Part shown: positions 40,297-52,547 of the stretch, piece after piece
Position numbering within the stretch: the stretch's first letter is position 1
Layout of the letters: the number at the start of each line of letters is the position of its first letter
Assembly (NCBI GenBank): GCA_965222115.1
Contig: CBDCTJ010000007.1
Span: 2,976,001 to 3,040,000, forward strand
Reading direction: 5' to 3'
DNA length: 64,000 nt
Source of the DNA: Planctomycetota bacterium
GTDB taxonomy: Bacteria > Planctomycetota > PLA2 > JAEUHO01
Translations under genes and position numbers: made by a program
The notes under the pieces: model-generated
What the model was told of the DNA's origin: nothing
Database searches by the model: none
The model's input: the letters and a program-made list of their open reading frames with translations, nothing else

Positions 40297-40971
40297 CTAC
40301 AGCGTACGTTGCCAATCGATGGCGTACTCCCCCAGCAGTGTATTGGCCTCACTGAAATGCCCGCATCCTCGAAATCCGCGTACAGATAAGGGCGATGGAT
40401 GGCTTGCCGTGAGCACCGGCTGACGGTTGGCGATCACGCGAGACATGCGCTTGGCGTGATTGCCCCACAATAGAAAAACTACGCGCTGCGGTTGGCTCGC
40501 AAGCACGTCAATGGTGGCGGCCGTGATCGCCTCCCACCCCTTGCCTCGATGGGCACCTGCGTCGCCTTCACGCACCGTGAGAATCGTGTTCAACAAGAAC
40601 ACACCTTGCTTCGCCCACGCGGTCAAATCGCCCGAGTGCGCGTCCATGTCGCACGCCATGTCTCGCGCGACCTCTTCCAAAATGTTTCGAAGTGATCGCG
40701 GCACCGATCCCGATCCGCGGTACGAGAATGCCAAACCATGTGCATGACCCGGCGTCGGGTAGGGATCTTGTCCGACGATGACGACGCGCGCGCGCCCCGG
40801 AGGCACGAGGTTGTATGCGGCAAAAACGAGTTGAGGATCAGGCAGCCATGTTCGGCGGGCCTTCGTTTCGTCGTCGAGAAATGCCATCAACGGTGCCGTT
40901 GCCGTGTCACTCAACACCGTCCCAAGGGCCTTGCGCCAATCGGGCGAGATAAGATGAGCGCGAACATCCAT
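40297..40971 (-). CDS. ung: Uracil-DNA glycosylase family 1
   Basis: GQDPY, HGLAFS, QGVFLLN, HPSPLS. Confidence 0.97.
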   Translation of the reverse strand: MDVRAHLISPDWRKALGTVLSDTATAPLMAFLDDETKARRTWLPDPQLVFAAYNLVPPGRARVVIVGQDPYPTPGHAHGLAFSYRGSGSVPRSLRNILEEVARDMACDMDAHSGDLTAWAKQGVFLLNTILTVREGDAGAHRGKGWEAITAATIDVLASQPQRVVFLLWGNHAKRMSRVIANRQPVLTASHPSPLSVRGFRGCGHFSEANTLLGEYAIDWQRTL

Positions 40972-41046
40972 AGGCGCAGTGTGCCGACGGTGTCCCCCGC
41001 TGCCCCACGCGTTTTTCGCCCGAACCGTGCTACCTTTCCGATTCCT

Positions 41047-41874
41047 ATGGCAACGACAGCGCCTCCGCCTCTGATCGATTCACACTGCCACCTCACGTGG
41101 CCGAGTCTTGTCGACGACGTACCCGCCCTCGTGGCGCGTATGGACGAACAAAACGTGGTTCAGGCCGTTGTGGTGGCCACTTCCGTAGAGGACGCCTTGG
41201 CCACGCATGCCCTCTGTGCTCGCTATGACGCTCTGTTCCCCACGGCCGGCATTCATCCATGTGACGTACCGAAAGGCCTCGACGAGGCATTGGGTCAACT
41301 GGGTGAACTCGTGGCGACAGGCGACTATGTGGCAGTCGGCGAGACGGGACTCGACTACTTCCGCGACGAATCGGCCGTCGAATGCCAACGCAAGAGCTTT
41401 CAGGCGCAGTGTGAACTTGCGCGCGACTCCGATCTGCCGGTGATCGTCCACATTCGCGACAAACCCGCGCGCGAGCGTGCATTTCAGGATGTAGCCGACA
41501 TCATCGGCTCGGTACAAGGGCTACGGGGCGTCATCCACTGCTACACGGGCGAAGCCAGCTTTGCGGAGACCTATCAAGAGCTGGGTATGCACGTTTCATT
41601 CAGTGGCATCTTGACCTTCCCGAAGGGAGAGAACGTGCGACGTGCCGCCGACGTCGTGGATGCATCCCGGCTCTTGGTTGAAACCGACAGCCCCTTCCTC
41701 GCGCCGGTGCCACGGCGTGGAAAACGCAATGAGCCTGCCTACGTTCGCCACACGGCGCGAGCATTGGCCGAGCGTAAATCCATGAGCGAGTCGGACTTGG
41801 CCTTGGTGACGACCTCCAATGCGCGCGACTTGTTTGGACTGCCCACCTCTACTCCTGTGGGCTCGGAGAACTAG
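41047..41874 (+). CDS. tatD: TatD family hydrolase
   Basis: IDSHCHL, GIHP, VGETGLDY, GVIHCY, ETDSPFLAP. Confidence 0.93.
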   Translation: MATTAPPPLIDSHCHLTWPSLVDDVPALVARMDEQNVVQAVVVATSVEDALATHALCARYDALFPTAGIHPCDVPKGLDEALGQLGELVATGDYVAVGETGLDYFRDESAVECQRKSFQAQCELARDSDLPVIVHIRDKPARERAFQDVADIIGSVQGLRGVIHCYTGEASFAETYQELGMHVSFSGILTFPKGENVRRAADVVDASRLLVETDSPFLAPVPRRGKRNEPAYVRHTARALAERKSMSESDLALVTTSNARDLFGLPTSTPVGSEN

Positions 41875-41876
41875 CC

Positions 41877-42866
41877 GTGGCAAATTCCGATACGCAAGTG
41901 GCGGCCCAAATCGTTGCGAAGTATGTGGACGACGTGGCCAAGCTTCAGCGCGAAATCGGACGCGTCATCGTGGGAAACGACGAGTTGGTCGACGCCGTCC
42001 TCCTCTGCCTGTTTTGTGGCGGGCACCTGCTCATGGAAGGAGTACCCGGCACCGGCAAAACGCTGCTCGTTCGCACCTTGGCCGAGTGCGTAGACGTCGA
42101 CTTCGGTCGCATACAGTGCACGCCCGATCTTATGCCGGCGGATGTTATTGGCACCTACCTCATGACCGAATCGAAGGGACAGCGCGAGTTTCGCTTTCGG
42201 AAAGGTCCTGTGTTTGCCAACGTCGTGTTGGCCGACGAGATCAATCGCGCCACGCCCAAGACACAGAGCGCGCTCTTGGAATCGATGCAAGAAGGGCAAG
42301 TCACGGCCGGCGGCAAGACCTATCCGCTGCCCGTACCGTTTGTTGTGCTGGCCACCATCAATCCCATCGAAATGGAAGGTACGTATCCTCTTCCGGAGGC
42401 ACAACTCGATCGATTTTTGTTGAAAGCACTGGTCACCAATCTCGGTGTGGAGGATATGGAAACCGTGCTCGACCGTACCACGGCCGGTGTCACGACATCG
42501 GTTCGTCCGGTTTTGGATGCCGAGCGCATTGTAGACATGCAGCAGTTGACGAGACAGGTGCCATTGGGTCCTAAGCCTAAGCGTTGGATTGCGCGGCTGG
42601 TGGACGCCACGCGCCCCACATCACCCCACGCGAGCGATATCGTCAAAAAGTATGTTCGCTATGGCGCCAGCGTTCGGGCGGCTCAGGCAATCACACTTGG
42701 TGCCAAGTACCGTGCATTGCGAAACGGTCGTGGTGCGGTTGCCATTGCCGACGCACGTGCCATCGCCCACAGCGCGCTTCGCCACCGCCTGGCCCTCAAC
42801 TTCGAAGCCGAGGCCGAGGGAATCGTGCCCGAATCGATCGTTGACGCGGCGTTGCGCTCTGCGTAA
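41877..42866 (+). CDS. MoxR-family AAA+ ATPase
   Basis: EGVPGTGKT, RIQCTPDLMPAD, LADEINRATPKTQSALLE, GTYPLPEAQLDRF. Confidence 0.95.
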   Translation: MANSDTQVAAQIVAKYVDDVAKLQREIGRVIVGNDELVDAVLLCLFCGGHLLMEGVPGTGKTLLVRTLAECVDVDFGRIQCTPDLMPADVIGTYLMTESKGQREFRFRKGPVFANVVLADEINRATPKTQSALLESMQEGQVTAGGKTYPLPVPFVVLATINPIEMEGTYPLPEAQLDRFLLKALVTNLGVEDMETVLDRTTAGVTTSVRPVLDAERIVDMQQLTRQVPLGPKPKRWIARLVDATRPTSPHASDIVKKYVRYGASVRAAQAITLGAKYRALRNGRGAVAIADARAIAHSALRHRLALNFEAEAEGIVPESIVDAALRSA

Positions 42867-43105
42867 CTGCCGATGCGCCCCATTCCGGCCATTTTCTGGC
42901 CCATGCCGGGAAACCGGTGTGGTCGTTTCGAGGGCCCACTGCTCTCCGGGGGATAGGATTGAGCGCCCCAAACGGTGGACGGGTGGGTTTCGCTACCCCG
43001 CGTCCGCGATGAGGGATTCGGCCCCCACGGTGGGCCGTCGATGGAACATGGGCCACGGCTTGAGCGCTTTTGCTCCGACCGGCTCACTTGCTCAGTCAGG
43101 GAGAA

Positions 43106-43873
43106 ATGATGAAGCTCGAAAAGCACCGCTACGAAGATGTTGTGATTCTGCGGTTTACGGGGGAGTTTGACACGTTCAACTTGCCTACATTTAGCGAACG
43201 AATTGACCGCATGGCAGCTGCGGGCGACGACCACTTCATTTTGGATTTGAAGCTCCTTCGATTCATCAATTCCGCGGCGCTCGGCTACCTCATCAAGATG
43301 TCCAAGCGCGCCAAGGCGGGTGGCGGCGAAGTGCTAATCGCTCGCCCCTCCAAGTTTGTAAAGAAGACGCTCACCACACTCGGACTCGACAGCGTGTTCA
43401 AGGTGTTTGACTCGGTTGAATCGGCCATGCTTCATTTCAAGAAGGGACTCGACATTGGTCAGCTCAACTTGGAAGGTGGCGAAGAAGATGACGCGCTCAA
43501 AGGTGAGACGCCCATTCTCTTCCGTCCCATTGGCGAGAAAGGCGATGAGTTACCCAATCAAGTGGGGCGGATCGTCACACTCCGCGAAGACGGCCTGCTG
43601 TTTCGCTGCGACGTTTCCGCGGATGGTAGCGACCCCATAAGCAACTTCTTGCAGTCCGGTACGCAGATCAAAATGAAGTTTCGGCAGCCCTTCGCGGTCA
43701 AGGACTACTACTTCGAAATGACCGGCGAAGTCATTGACGTGACGCGCGCCGACGAAGAGAGCAATCACGTTCTCACGGCGCGGGTGTCCTACGGCGACAT
43801 GAAATCGTCCGACCGTGAACACCTCGATGAATTCGTCAAAAACCACAAAGAGTGGAAGTCGGAGCTCGGTTAG
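43106..43873 (+). CDS. STAS-domain anti-sigma-factor antagonist fused to a PilZ-like domain
   Basis: STAS (GEFD, ILDL..LRFINSAALG, LGLDSVF). The C-terminal 'GRIVTLREDGLLF...GTQIKMKF...GEV' follows a PilZ-like pattern (inference). Confidence 0.8.
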   Translation: MMKLEKHRYEDVVILRFTGEFDTFNLPTFSERIDRMAAAGDDHFILDLKLLRFINSAALGYLIKMSKRAKAGGGEVLIARPSKFVKKTLTTLGLDSVFKVFDSVESAMLHFKKGLDIGQLNLEGGEEDDALKGETPILFRPIGEKGDELPNQVGRIVTLREDGLLFRCDVSADGSDPISNFLQSGTQIKMKFRQPFAVKDYYFEMTGEVIDVTRADEESNHVLTARVSYGDMKSSDREHLDEFVKNHKEWKSELG

Positions 43874-43879
43874 CCCGGA

Positions 43880-44998
43880 CTACATATGGGTTAGTGCCCG
43901 AAGCACCTCGTCGCGTCTGACGTCGGTCGCGATGAGGAGCGAGCGTTTCCCTGATGCCATGGTCGGCAGGATGAACGTGTGTGTCTCGTCGGCGCTGCGC
44001 TTCTTGTCGTGAGCCATTGCCCGAAGCAGTTGTTCTTCGTCGATACCGCGAGGCACTTGTACGGGCAGCCCAACCGTTGACAGTTTTGCTCGTTGCGCCT
44101 CCGAGTCGTCACGCGTCAATAATCCGCGCGCAACCGAGAGTTCGGCGGCTGCCACCATACCTATGGCGACTGCTTCGCCGTGGCGCAGCGTGTCATTGCT
44201 CACCAGTCGCTCAAGCGCGTGGCCAATTGTGTGCCCGTAGTTGAGTAGCCGCCGCTGCCCCAGATCGCGTTCGTCCTGTTCGACCAGTGAGGCCTTGATA
44301 CGACCCGCGACGGCGATCCACGGTCCCCATGTAGTGACATCGGAGTCGGGCTTCGGTAGCGATTCGAGCTGTGGATGGGCGCGCACCCAACCGCACTTGT
44401 AGATTTCGGCAAGTCCGGCCTGTGCATCTCTTGTGTCGAGCGTTCGCAAAGTCGCTACGTCACACACTACATGGCTCGGTGGATAGAACGCGCCCACCAA
44501 GTTCTTGCCAGCATCGGAATTGATCGCAACTTTGCCACCAATCGCGGCGTCGCACATCCCAACGACGGTCGTTGGAACTGCCATCCACGGCATACCGCGT
44601 CGCGCCAGACAAGCGGCAAGTCCGCCCACATCAGTGGCCGCGCCCCCCCCCACTACGATCACCGGCTCATCGCGTCGAAGGCTCAACAACAAATCGATCA
44701 CTGCCTTCAGCGTGGACCACGTCTTCGCTCGTTCACCGCGCGGCAGCACAATGGGTGTGACGTCGAACTTCGCGGCGACATCGCTCGGAACCGGCCAAAG
44801 CGAATCGACGTGTTCGTCCACAATCCAGGCAACGCGCGTTGCATCGGGCAGCCACGCACGCAGTCGCGTGCCCAACGAGGCGTACAAGCGCGCGCCGTAC
44901 GCAATATCCGTCGGACATCTGGGGAGATCGACACGCGCGCGATCATCCCACGCTGGCGATTGAATGTGCTGTTGCGTCAAGGTTGTGGCTCCGCCCAA
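43880..44998 (-). CDS. aroB: 3-dehydroquinate synthase
   Basis: GERAK, GGGAATDVGG, PTT, DAAIGGK, KNLVGAF, LNYGHTIGHALE, HGEAV. Confidence 0.95.
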   Translation of the reverse strand: MGGATTLTQQHIQSPAWDDRARVDLPRCPTDIAYGARLYASLGTRLRAWLPDATRVAWIVDEHVDSLWPVPSDVAAKFDVTPIVLPRGERAKTWSTLKAVIDLLLSLRRDEPVIVVGGGAATDVGGLAACLARRGMPWMAVPTTVVGMCDAAIGGKVAINSDAGKNLVGAFYPPSHVVCDVATLRTLDTRDAQAGLAEIYKCGWVRAHPQLESLPKPDSDVTTWGPWIAVAGRIKASLVEQDERDLGQRRLLNYGHTIGHALERLVSNDTLRHGEAVAIGMVAAAELSVARGLLTRDDSEAQRAKLSTVGLPVQVPRGIDEEQLLRAMAHDKKRSADETHTFILPTMASGKRSLLIATDVRRDEVLRALTHM

Positions 44999-46615
44999 TC
45001 AGTCCGGGGTCGGTGAATCATCTGGTTTCGTTGGTGATTCCGGTGGCGTGCCCGCGACCTTGCCTTGACCGGCTGCGCGCGCGCGACGACGTAGGGCCAT
45101 ACGATGCGCTTCCATACGCTTCTGTTGGCGGGCACCGCTGGGGACAATCACGAGGAAGAACAGCAACGCAAAGAGCACCATGCCCGCGGCAATCCACACC
45201 ATGATGTTGCTGAGGCCGCGGTCCTTGCTGTAGACAACCGGGTGGGCGTCAAGCACGACGAAGAGCGGGACGGTGTACATATGCGTCCCGCCACGCTTAG
45301 AGCGAAATCGCGTCTTGTAGGAGTAGTTCTTCACGAACACCCCGTAGAGGGCGACATGGTCCTGTCGCTTTCCCGTGAAGTTGGGCAACTCCTGACCGCG
45401 AAAGGCCATGACGGTGGGAATCGCAAGGTGCATGTAGTGATCGGAGAGAATCGTCACCATGTCGAAGCCGTCGATTTGCCACGGATTGCGCGGCACGGTC
45501 TCCCACCCTTCCTGCGTCCAGTCGGCCAGCATGCCGGTAACACGAAACAGCTTGCCACGCGCAGCCTCGGTAAACGGTCGGTCGGCCTTTTCGTCTACAT
45601 CGATTTCCTTCATCCAGCGATCAAACGTATCGCCTTCCCACGGAGTCCAGGGAATCGTTTTTGATTTGATCCCCTCGTGGATCTTCGTGTAGCCCTCGGA
45701 TCGCGCCCACCTAATCGTTTGAAAGACTGCGTTCTCAAGCAGCTTTACGCTGTCTTTCATCTTTCGGTCGCGCACGTCTTCCCAACTCGCGTGGTCGAGC
45801 TCAAGAATCGTCTCCGCGGCTCGCTTGGGCGGATAGGCAATGCGGGCACGATGAAGAAAGAACACGGGCGTCGTGCCTCGAAGGATCGTTTCTCCAATCG
45901 TGCCCGTTCGCATTTGCAAGAACGTGCCACGCAAAACGACATCGTGGCCAGGCATGATCGTTTCGGCGACCCGATGGGGGCCGACCGTATCCAACGGTGC
46001 GCCGTGCCCCACGTCCGACTCATTGCCAACCGATACCGATGCCGCAAGTGTGCCGTCTTCCCCTTCGATCACGAGCGACCACAGACGCGCGTCGCCCTTG
46101 GGCGCATCCGGACGCCGAAACACCTCGCGCGTTCGATCAATCACGTTGCCGACGATGTCAAACGTGCGACCGACGAGGGCGTTTGAGTCGTCGTTCTGGG
46201 AGGATGTCTTGGTCAGGGTGATGAATTCGGCGGGCGTGAGCTGGCGCTCAGGCCTCGGATACCACCCGGGCTGGTCGTTGAGGAACGCGATCGCGCCCGA
46301 GGCATAGCGAAACGGTGCATCGCCCGATGCCTCAACGCGCTGGGCGAGCTTCGCGCGATCGATCGCGACGGGGCTTGCCGAGTCTTTGGCGTTCGTGCCA
46401 CCGACGGCGGTGTTGTCTGAGGCGCCGTCGCCATCCGGCGAGGTTCCCGTTTCGACTCGAGTGTCCGCGCCTTCATCAGTCCGCTTGTCGCGCATGGCAT
46501 GGTCGGCGAAAATTGCGGCGCCCAGGACCACCATCCCCGCGACGTATAGCGACAGGCGGATCTTCTCTTGGCGATGAAGTCCGGCCTGGCGCTCCTTCTT
46601 CAGATGGTCGAGCAT
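44999..46615 (-). CDS. Hypothetical membrane protein with N- and C-terminal TM helices
   Basis: 538-aa ORF with strongly coding-like GC3; two similar OB-fold-like segments (GRTFDIVG / GKLFRVTG). Confidence 0.7.
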   Translation of the reverse strand: MLDHLKKERQAGLHRQEKIRLSLYVAGMVVLGAAIFADHAMRDKRTDEGADTRVETGTSPDGDGASDNTAVGGTNAKDSASPVAIDRAKLAQRVEASGDAPFRYASGAIAFLNDQPGWYPRPERQLTPAEFITLTKTSSQNDDSNALVGRTFDIVGNVIDRTREVFRRPDAPKGDARLWSLVIEGEDGTLAASVSVGNESDVGHGAPLDTVGPHRVAETIMPGHDVVLRGTFLQMRTGTIGETILRGTTPVFFLHRARIAYPPKRAAETILELDHASWEDVRDRKMKDSVKLLENAVFQTIRWARSEGYTKIHEGIKSKTIPWTPWEGDTFDRWMKEIDVDEKADRPFTEAARGKLFRVTGMLADWTQEGWETVPRNPWQIDGFDMVTILSDHYMHLAIPTVMAFRGQELPNFTGKRQDHVALYGVFVKNYSYKTRFRSKRGGTHMYTVPLFVVLDAHPVVYSKDRGLSNIMVWIAAGMVLFALLFFLVIVPSGARQQKRMEAHRMALRRRARAAGQGKVAGTPPESPTKPDDSPTPD

Positions 46616-46714
46616 TCTCGTTGCCTCTGCGGGGTCGGCCGGGGTGCCTCGATTCTACAGGAAGATCGTGCGCGTCCGGGGAGGGATCGAAGCAGGTCAG
46701 GCTATTCTCCGCGC

Positions 46715-48058
46715 ATGACCGCGCCACCCCAACAACCGCTTGAAACACGAGACGACTTTGACGCGTTGCTGGCCGCCGTAACGAACTACGAAGAGAAAAT
46801 GCCCAAGCGGCTTGTTCCGCGCAAGTTCCGACTGGAGCGTACGCGAGCATTGCTTCGCCTGCTCGGCTCGCCGGAACAGCGCATTCCGACCACGCATGTT
46901 GCGGGGTCCAAGGGCAAGGGGAGTGTGTGCCGCATGGTTGCCGCGATTCTGATGGCAGCCAATCGAGGTCCGGTTGGACTCTATACGTCTCCCCACGTTG
47001 AGGATTTGGCCGAACGCGTGATGGTGGATGGACAGCCTGCCATGGGTGGCGAATTGGCCCACGCCGCAGAGTCATTTCGAGACCACGTGATTACAGCGCA
47101 AGGCACAGATGACGCGCCGACATTCTTCGAAATTCTCACAGCGGCGGCCTGGGGTGTGTTCGCCGCCCGGCAGTGCCAACATGTCGTACTCGAAACGGGC
47201 CTAGGCGGACGCCTCGACGCCACCAATACGTGCCACCCCACCGTCTGCGCGATCACACCGATTGAGCTCGAACATACGGCATTGCTTGGCAACACACTGG
47301 CGGCCGTTGCCGGCGAAAAGGCGGGCATCCTCAAACAGGGCGTACCGGTCGTCACATCGGCCCGCGGCGACGCACTGCGAGTGATTGTGGAGCGTGCGGC
47401 AGCACTTCAGTGCCCAGTCCATATCCTTGGCGAGTCGTATGATTGTGAAGCCGTAACGCCAAAGGGTCTTGACGGCATTCGCGTGTCCCTTCGCACGCAG
47501 GATGGGTATCGCGAGTTGGAGGTTCCCGTCCTGGGGCTCCATCAGGGCGAAAACGCGGCAGTGGCAGCCGTCGTTGCGCGTTGCCTCGGCGTTTCGTGGA
47601 AGCACATCGAAGCCGGTCTCGCAAGCGTCGTCTTGCCGGCAGCGATGGAAGTGGTCTTTACGGATCCATTGATCGTGCTGGACGGCGCCCACACCGCGCG
47701 ATCGGCGGCGGCCGCGAACAAGACGCTCAAAACGTGGTGGCCCACGCGCAAGCGTGTTGCGTTGGTGGCGATGTTGCGAACGAAGAAATCGGAAAACGTT
47801 CTTCCCGATCTCATTGCCGGCGCCCACACCGTAGTGGTCACGCAAGTTGGGTCGCCTCGGGCTGTACCTGCTGAATCGCTGGCAGAAATCACTGCCTCAT
47901 TGACTGACGCACTGGTGATTGCCGACACGAATCCCAGGCATGCCTTGGAACGCGCGACCGACGCTATGGCGATGGACGACGTCATGTTGATCTCGGGAAG
48001 CCTCTACCTCGCGGGCATGTTGCGCGGCACATGGAGTCGGACGAAACGGGAGTCCTGA
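46715..48058 (+). CDS. folC: Folylpolyglutamate/dihydrofolate synthase
   Basis: [47 protein letters not shown]. Confidence 0.95.
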   Translation: MTAPPQQPLETRDDFDALLAAVTNYEEKMPKRLVPRKFRLERTRALLRLLGSPEQRIPTTHVAGSKGKGSVCRMVAAILMAANRGPVGLYTSPHVEDLAERVMVDGQPAMGGELAHAAESFRDHVITAQGTDDAPTFFEILTAAAWGVFAARQCQHVVLETGLGGRLDATNTCHPTVCAITPIELEHTALLGNTLAAVAGEKAGILKQGVPVVTSARGDALRVIVERAAALQCPVHILGESYDCEAVTPKGLDGIRVSLRTQDGYRELEVPVLGLHQGENAAVAAVVARCLGVSWKHIEAGLASVVLPAAMEVVFTDPLIVLDGAHTARSAAAANKTLKTWWPTRKRVALVAMLRTKKSENVLPDLIAGAHTVVVTQVGSPRAVPAESLAEITASLTDALVIADTNPRHALERATDAMAMDDVMLISGSLYLAGMLRGTWSRTKRES

Positions 48059-51000
48059 GCGTGGCAGCGGGGCGCTGGCAATTTCTCATCGATCGTGGCG
48101 GCACGTTTACGGACTGTATTGGCGTCGCACCGGACGGGCATACGCACACCGCAAAGGTGCTTTCAACTAGCAATGCCCCGGTGATCGCGATTCGCAAGAT
48201 CCTCGGCATCACAGACGACGAGGCGGTCCCTCCGTGTGACGTTCGCATGGGCACAACGGTGGCCACCAACGCGTTGCTGGAACGAAAGGGGGAACGGACG
48301 ATCCTTGTTGTCACTCGGGGCTTTCGCGACGCGCTGGCAATTGGCAACCAGACGCGACCCGATATCTTCGCGCTGCATACCGAGCCACCCGACGTGCTGT
48401 ATGACGCGGTCATCGAAGTGGACGGACGCGCCGATTCGAATGGCACGATCATCGCGAACACGAACATGGACGAGTTTGCAACCCACATCGATCGTGAGTT
48501 GCAGCGGGGTGCAGCGAGCGTTGCCGTTGCGTTGCTTCACGCCTATGCCTGCCCGGACATTGAAAACGAGCTACTGCCCGCTCTGCAGCGCGCAGGGGTC
48601 CATCACGTAAGCCTCTCCCACCGCGTGGCGTGTGAAGTCGGTTTTGTTGGGCGAGGTGATACGACGCTTGTCGATGCCTACCTAACTCCCGTCTTGCGAC
48701 GTTACATCGACGAGTTACAGGCGCAACTACCCGGCAGCACGCTGGCATTTATGCAGTCCAACGGAACGCTGGTCGATGACGCCGGCTTTCAGGGCAAGAA
48801 CGCGGTGCTATCGGGCCCGGCCGGCGGTGTGGTTGCTTGCAGGCAAGTCGCAAAGAAGCTTGGATTGCCGAGCGTGACGTGCGTTGACATGGGCGGCACA
48901 TCTACCGATGTCTCTCGGATTGACGGCGAGATAGAAACAACGCTAGAGACTGAAGTCGCGGGTGTTCGCCTGCGAACACCCATGCTGGCGATTCATACAG
49001 TTGCGGCAGGGGGTGGCTCCATCTGTCGCTACGACGGTTACCGTTTGACCGTGGGGCCTGAAAGCTCGGGCGCCGATCCTGGCCCCCTTTGTTACGGGCG
49101 CGAATCGGCAAACGCGCTGACGCTAACCGACATCAACCTCCTGTTGGGACGACTACGTGACGATCACTTTCCGTTTCCATTGGCACGGGAGCGCGCTCAA
49201 CGAGGCCTGGATGAACTCTCAGCACACATAGATGGCAAAGATGCACCCGATGTGGCTGAAGGCTTCTTTCGCGTCGCGATTCATCACCTCGCAGATGCCA
49301 TAGCGCACGTCACGACAGCCAGAGGTCACGATGTTCGCAACGATGGGCTGATCGTCTTTGGAGGTGCCGCCGGTCAACATGCTTGCGCGCTCGCCCGCTC
49401 GCTGGATGTGGACACGGTGGTACTGCCGCCGTACGCAGGATTGCTTTCGGCCGTGGGCATGGGGAGCGCGACACACGGATGGAGCGAAGCGCGCGACATC
49501 GGGCGACCTTTGCTCTCCTGCGAATCGGATGCGCTCATTGTGAGTGCCTTCCAATCAATCGAATCCGATGTTGATGACGGCAACAAGAGTGAGATGGTAC
49601 GGCAGGTCGAGTTGCGCTATCGGGGCTGCGACGCGTGCATCACGGTGACTTGGAACGGCGTCGATGCAGCTCGTGAATCGTTCGTTGACGCCCATCACAA
49701 GCAGTTCGGCTACATCCGTGATAGACACGACATTGAGGTCGCGGCTGTTCGACTTCAAGTCACGTTTGGCGTTCCGCGTCGATTGAATCCACCCGCAATC
49801 CGAGCGTCATCGACCGCTTATGAACCGGGTCGCGTCTACTTGAATGGTGCTTGGATAGACTGTGTACCTGCCCATCGCCGCGAGTCGCTCGACGTGGGAA
49901 CGCGGCTTGAGGGCCCGGCGCACATCCTCGAGGCAACCGGAACACTGTTTCTTGAACCGGGGTTCAATGCCACGATGACGCAGGATGGTTCGCTGGTGAT
50001 TCGACGAGTTTCGCAAGCGGTGACGCGGTCTACGCCATGCACGACGACCCGCGATCCCGTACTGCTTGAGATCTATGGCAATCGATTGATGTCCATCGCG
50101 GAACAAATGGGTCGCGTATTGGCGTTGACCGCGCAGTCCACGAACATTCGAGACCGTCTCGACTTTTCGTGTGCTGTCTTTGATGCAAGCGGTGGGCTGG
50201 TTGCGAATGCCCCGCACGTACCCGTTCACTTGGGTGCCATGAGCGCAACGGTTCGAGCCATTTTCGAACGTACGCCTGCAATGGAACCCGGCGATGTGTA
50301 CGCAGCCAACGATCCATTCGCGGGTGGTTCGCATTTGCCAGACATTACCGTGGTGTCGCCTGTGTTTGACCGTGACGGCGTACTTCGATTCTTCGTCGCG
50401 AATCGAGGACATCACGAGGATGTCGGCGGTGTCACGCCCGGTTCCATGCCCGCGTTCTCCACGTCGTTGCGAGACGAAGGCGCGTCATTTGCCGCGTTGC
50501 GCATCGTTCATCGCGGGCACTTGGACGAGCAGGCCATCCGGTGCGCACTTACGAATACGGATGTCCCTGCGCGGCGCCTCGACCAAAACATCGCAGATTT
50601 GGAAGCGCAGGTCGCAGCCAATGTGCATGGCATGCGACTGCTTCATCGACTTTGTGAGCGCGTTGGGACCGAGACCGTCTCGGCCTACATGCACCACATT
50701 CAAGAAAACGCGCGCGAACGCGTAGAAGACGCATTGAATGCGCTGCCCGATAGCGACGTTACATTTCGCGATGAACTCGACGAAGCGGGACCCATCGCAG
50801 CACGATTGATCAAACGAGGTCGCGCACTAACCATCGACTTTGAGGGAAGTGCACCGGAACATGAGGGCAATCTCAATGCGCCACCCGCCGTCGTACACGC
50901 GGCAGTCATCTACGTCGTCCGCGTCATGGTCGGACGCAATCTACCCCTAAATGCGGGTTGTCTTGCGCCGATTACGATTCGCATTCCGTCGCCGTCCATC

Positions 51001-51621
51001 CTCTCGCCATCGCCCGGGCGCGCCGTCTGTGGTGGCAACGTGGAAACATCACAACGCATTGTGGATGCGTTGCTGGGCGCCCTGGGGTTGGCGGCGGCGA
51101 GTCAAGGCACGATGAACAATATGAGCTTTGGTTCAGATACGTTTGGCTACTACGAGACCCTTGGCGGCGGCATGGGCGCAACGACTCACGGACCAGGCGC
51201 CAGCGCCATGCACTCGCACATGACCAACACACGCATCACCGATCCCGAAATCCTAGAAGCGCGCTTTCCAATACGTCTGATTGAGTTCGGTATTCGTCGC
51301 GGCTCGGGCGGACAGGGTCTACACGCGGGCGGTGATGGTCTCATTCGTGAGTACGAATTCACGGCGCCGCTACGCGTATCGATCCTCAGCGAACGACGCA
51401 AGCGCACCCCTTTTGGATTGCACGGCGGCGGTTCTGGCCAACCGGGACGAAACATATTTAACGGTCAAGACATCGGTGGCAAGGCCAACCTCGACGTACG
51501 GCCCGGCGACCGCCTCCGCATCGAAACCCCCGGCGGCGGCGCCTACTCGCCAGATAAACCTGGTATTTTTGGCGCATTCCGAGTTCGCGCGGTGCCGGGC
51601 GTTCGTAGACTACAGGAATGA
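48031..51621 (+). CDS. ATP-dependent 5-oxoprolinase / hydantoinase A-B fusion
   Basis: [58 protein letters not shown]. Start may be GTG 48061. Confidence 0.93.
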   Translation: MESDETGVLSVAAGRWQFLIDRGGTFTDCIGVAPDGHTHTAKVLSTSNAPVIAIRKILGITDDEAVPPCDVRMGTTVATNALLERKGERTILVVTRGFRDALAIGNQTRPDIFALHTEPPDVLYDAVIEVDGRADSNGTIIANTNMDEFATHIDRELQRGAASVAVALLHAYACPDIENELLPALQRAGVHHVSLSHRVACEVGFVGRGDTTLVDAYLTPVLRRYIDELQAQLPGSTLAFMQSNGTLVDDAGFQGKNAVLSGPAGGVVACRQVAKKLGLPSVTCVDMGGTSTDVSRIDGEIETTLETEVAGVRLRTPMLAIHTVAAGGGSICRYDGYRLTVGPESSGADPGPLCYGRESANALTLTDINLLLGRLRDDHFPFPLARERAQRGLDELSAHIDGKDAPDVAEGFFRVAIHHLADAIAHVTTARGHDVRNDGLIVFGGAAGQHACALARSLDVDTVVLPPYAGLLSAVGMGSATHGWSEARDIGRPLLSCESDALIVSAFQSIESDVDDGNKSEMVRQVELRYRGCDACITVTWNGVDAARESFVDAHHKQFGYIRDRHDIEVAAVRLQVTFGVPRRLNPPAIRASSTAYEPGRVYLNGAWIDCVPAHRRESLDVGTRLEGPAHILEATGTLFLEPGFNATMTQDGSLVIRRVSQAVTRSTPCTTTRDPVLLEIYGNRLMSIAEQMGRVLALTAQSTNIRDRLDFSCAVFDASGGLVANAPHVPVHLGAMSATVRAIFERTPAMEPGDVYAANDPFAGGSHLPDITVVSPVFDRDGVLRFFVANRGHHEDVGGVTPGSMPAFSTSLRDEGASFAALRIVHRGHLDEQAIRCALTNTDVPARRLDQNIADLEAQVAANVHGMRLLHRLCERVGTETVSAYMHHIQENARERVEDALNALPDSDVTFRDELDEAGPIAARLIKRGRALTIDFEGSAPEHEGNLNAPPAVVHAAVIYVVRVMVGRNLPLNAGCLAPITIRIPSPSILSPSPGRAVCGGNVETSQRIVDALLGALGLAAASQGTMNNMSFGSDTFGYYETLGGGMGATTHGPGASAMHSHMTNTRITDPEILEARFPIRLIEFGIRRGSGGQGLHAGGDGLIREYEFTAPLRVSILSERRKRTPFGLHGGGSGQPGRNIFNGQDIGGKANLDVRPGDRLRIETPGGGAYSPDKPGIFGAFRVRAVPGVRRLQE
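51546..51576. repeat. 31-bp palindromic site, copy 3 (inside the 3' end of the oxoprolinase gene)
   Basis: CTCGCCA-GATAA-ACCTGGT-ATTTT-TGGCGCA. Confidence 0.8.
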
Positions 51622-52547
51622 CTACTTGTAGTGGTACGTCGAAACGTCGAACCCGGGTCTTCGCCATCGTGACGATGGCTGCGTTGTCCGTCGTGAGCGT
51701 CGCCTCGACGACACAAGGACGCGAATCGAAAAAGCGCCGAGTCGTCAAGAAGCCACCTAAATATGCCGTGATTGGAAACCCGGGAACGTGGGGTTCGCTG
51801 AAGGGTACATGCAGCTTCTCGCACGCAATGCCGATTCGTACGGCGACGATTGGCGGTTGTCCGGCGTATCTTGAGACCGAGAACACGCCAACGCGATTCG
51901 ATCCAAAGAACTTGGGTGCACCCGGCTGCATGATTTCGATTGAACGCATAAGTAAGGGAAACCCGTGGCCAGCGACGATGGCCAATACGAAATCGCGTGT
52001 CAAGATCGACATGGACAAGTATGAGTTCAAGCCTCGTATCCAGTGGACCCGCAGAGGCAAGCGTATAGGTTTTCGCCTCTTAGCCTGGGACACGACGAAA
52101 CACAAGAGCGAAGTTAGTGTTCATGGATATTTCAACTCTCTGGCGACGACGGCGTGGAATATTAGTCTTCCGTTTTCTAAGGATCACTTCTCGACTACGG
52201 ATACAAAGCTCTCACGGGTCGGTATATACATTACAAGATGCGACATCTGCTCGACCGTTCCCAGCTACATCCAATGTTCGCCACATCCATACGTTTCAGG
52301 TCCAACACCCATCAGTGGGTCCTATGCGATTTCGGATATACCGCCAGGCACATACTCTGTTACGTGTTGGCATGAGCCCTTGCGGTGGAAGGTAAAAGTA
52401 GGAAAATATGGGCGGAAATGCGTAGTGGACGACGGCGTACAGATGCTCCTGCGTAAGAAGGTGGTCATCAAGCCCGGCAAGGCCACGACGCTTAACTGGA
52501 CGCTCGAAGTACCAAGCGACCTCCGCACAACCAAAAGCGCCAAATGA
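51618..52547 (+). CDS. Secreted protein with cupredoxin-like and carboxypeptidase-regulatory-like domains
   Basis: Signal peptide; [44 protein letters not shown]. Confidence 0.7.
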   Translation: MTTCSGTSKRRTRVFAIVTMAALSVVSVASTTQGRESKKRRVVKKPPKYAVIGNPGTWGSLKGTCSFSHAMPIRTATIGGCPAYLETENTPTRFDPKNLGAPGCMISIERISKGNPWPATMANTKSRVKIDMDKYEFKPRIQWTRRGKRIGFRLLAWDTTKHKSEVSVHGYFNSLATTAWNISLPFSKDHFSTTDTKLSRVGIYITRCDICSTVPSYIQCSPHPYVSGPTPISGSYAISDIPPGTYSVTCWHEPLRWKVKVGKYGRKCVVDDGVQMLLRKKVVIKPGKATTLNWTLEVPSDLRTTKSAK

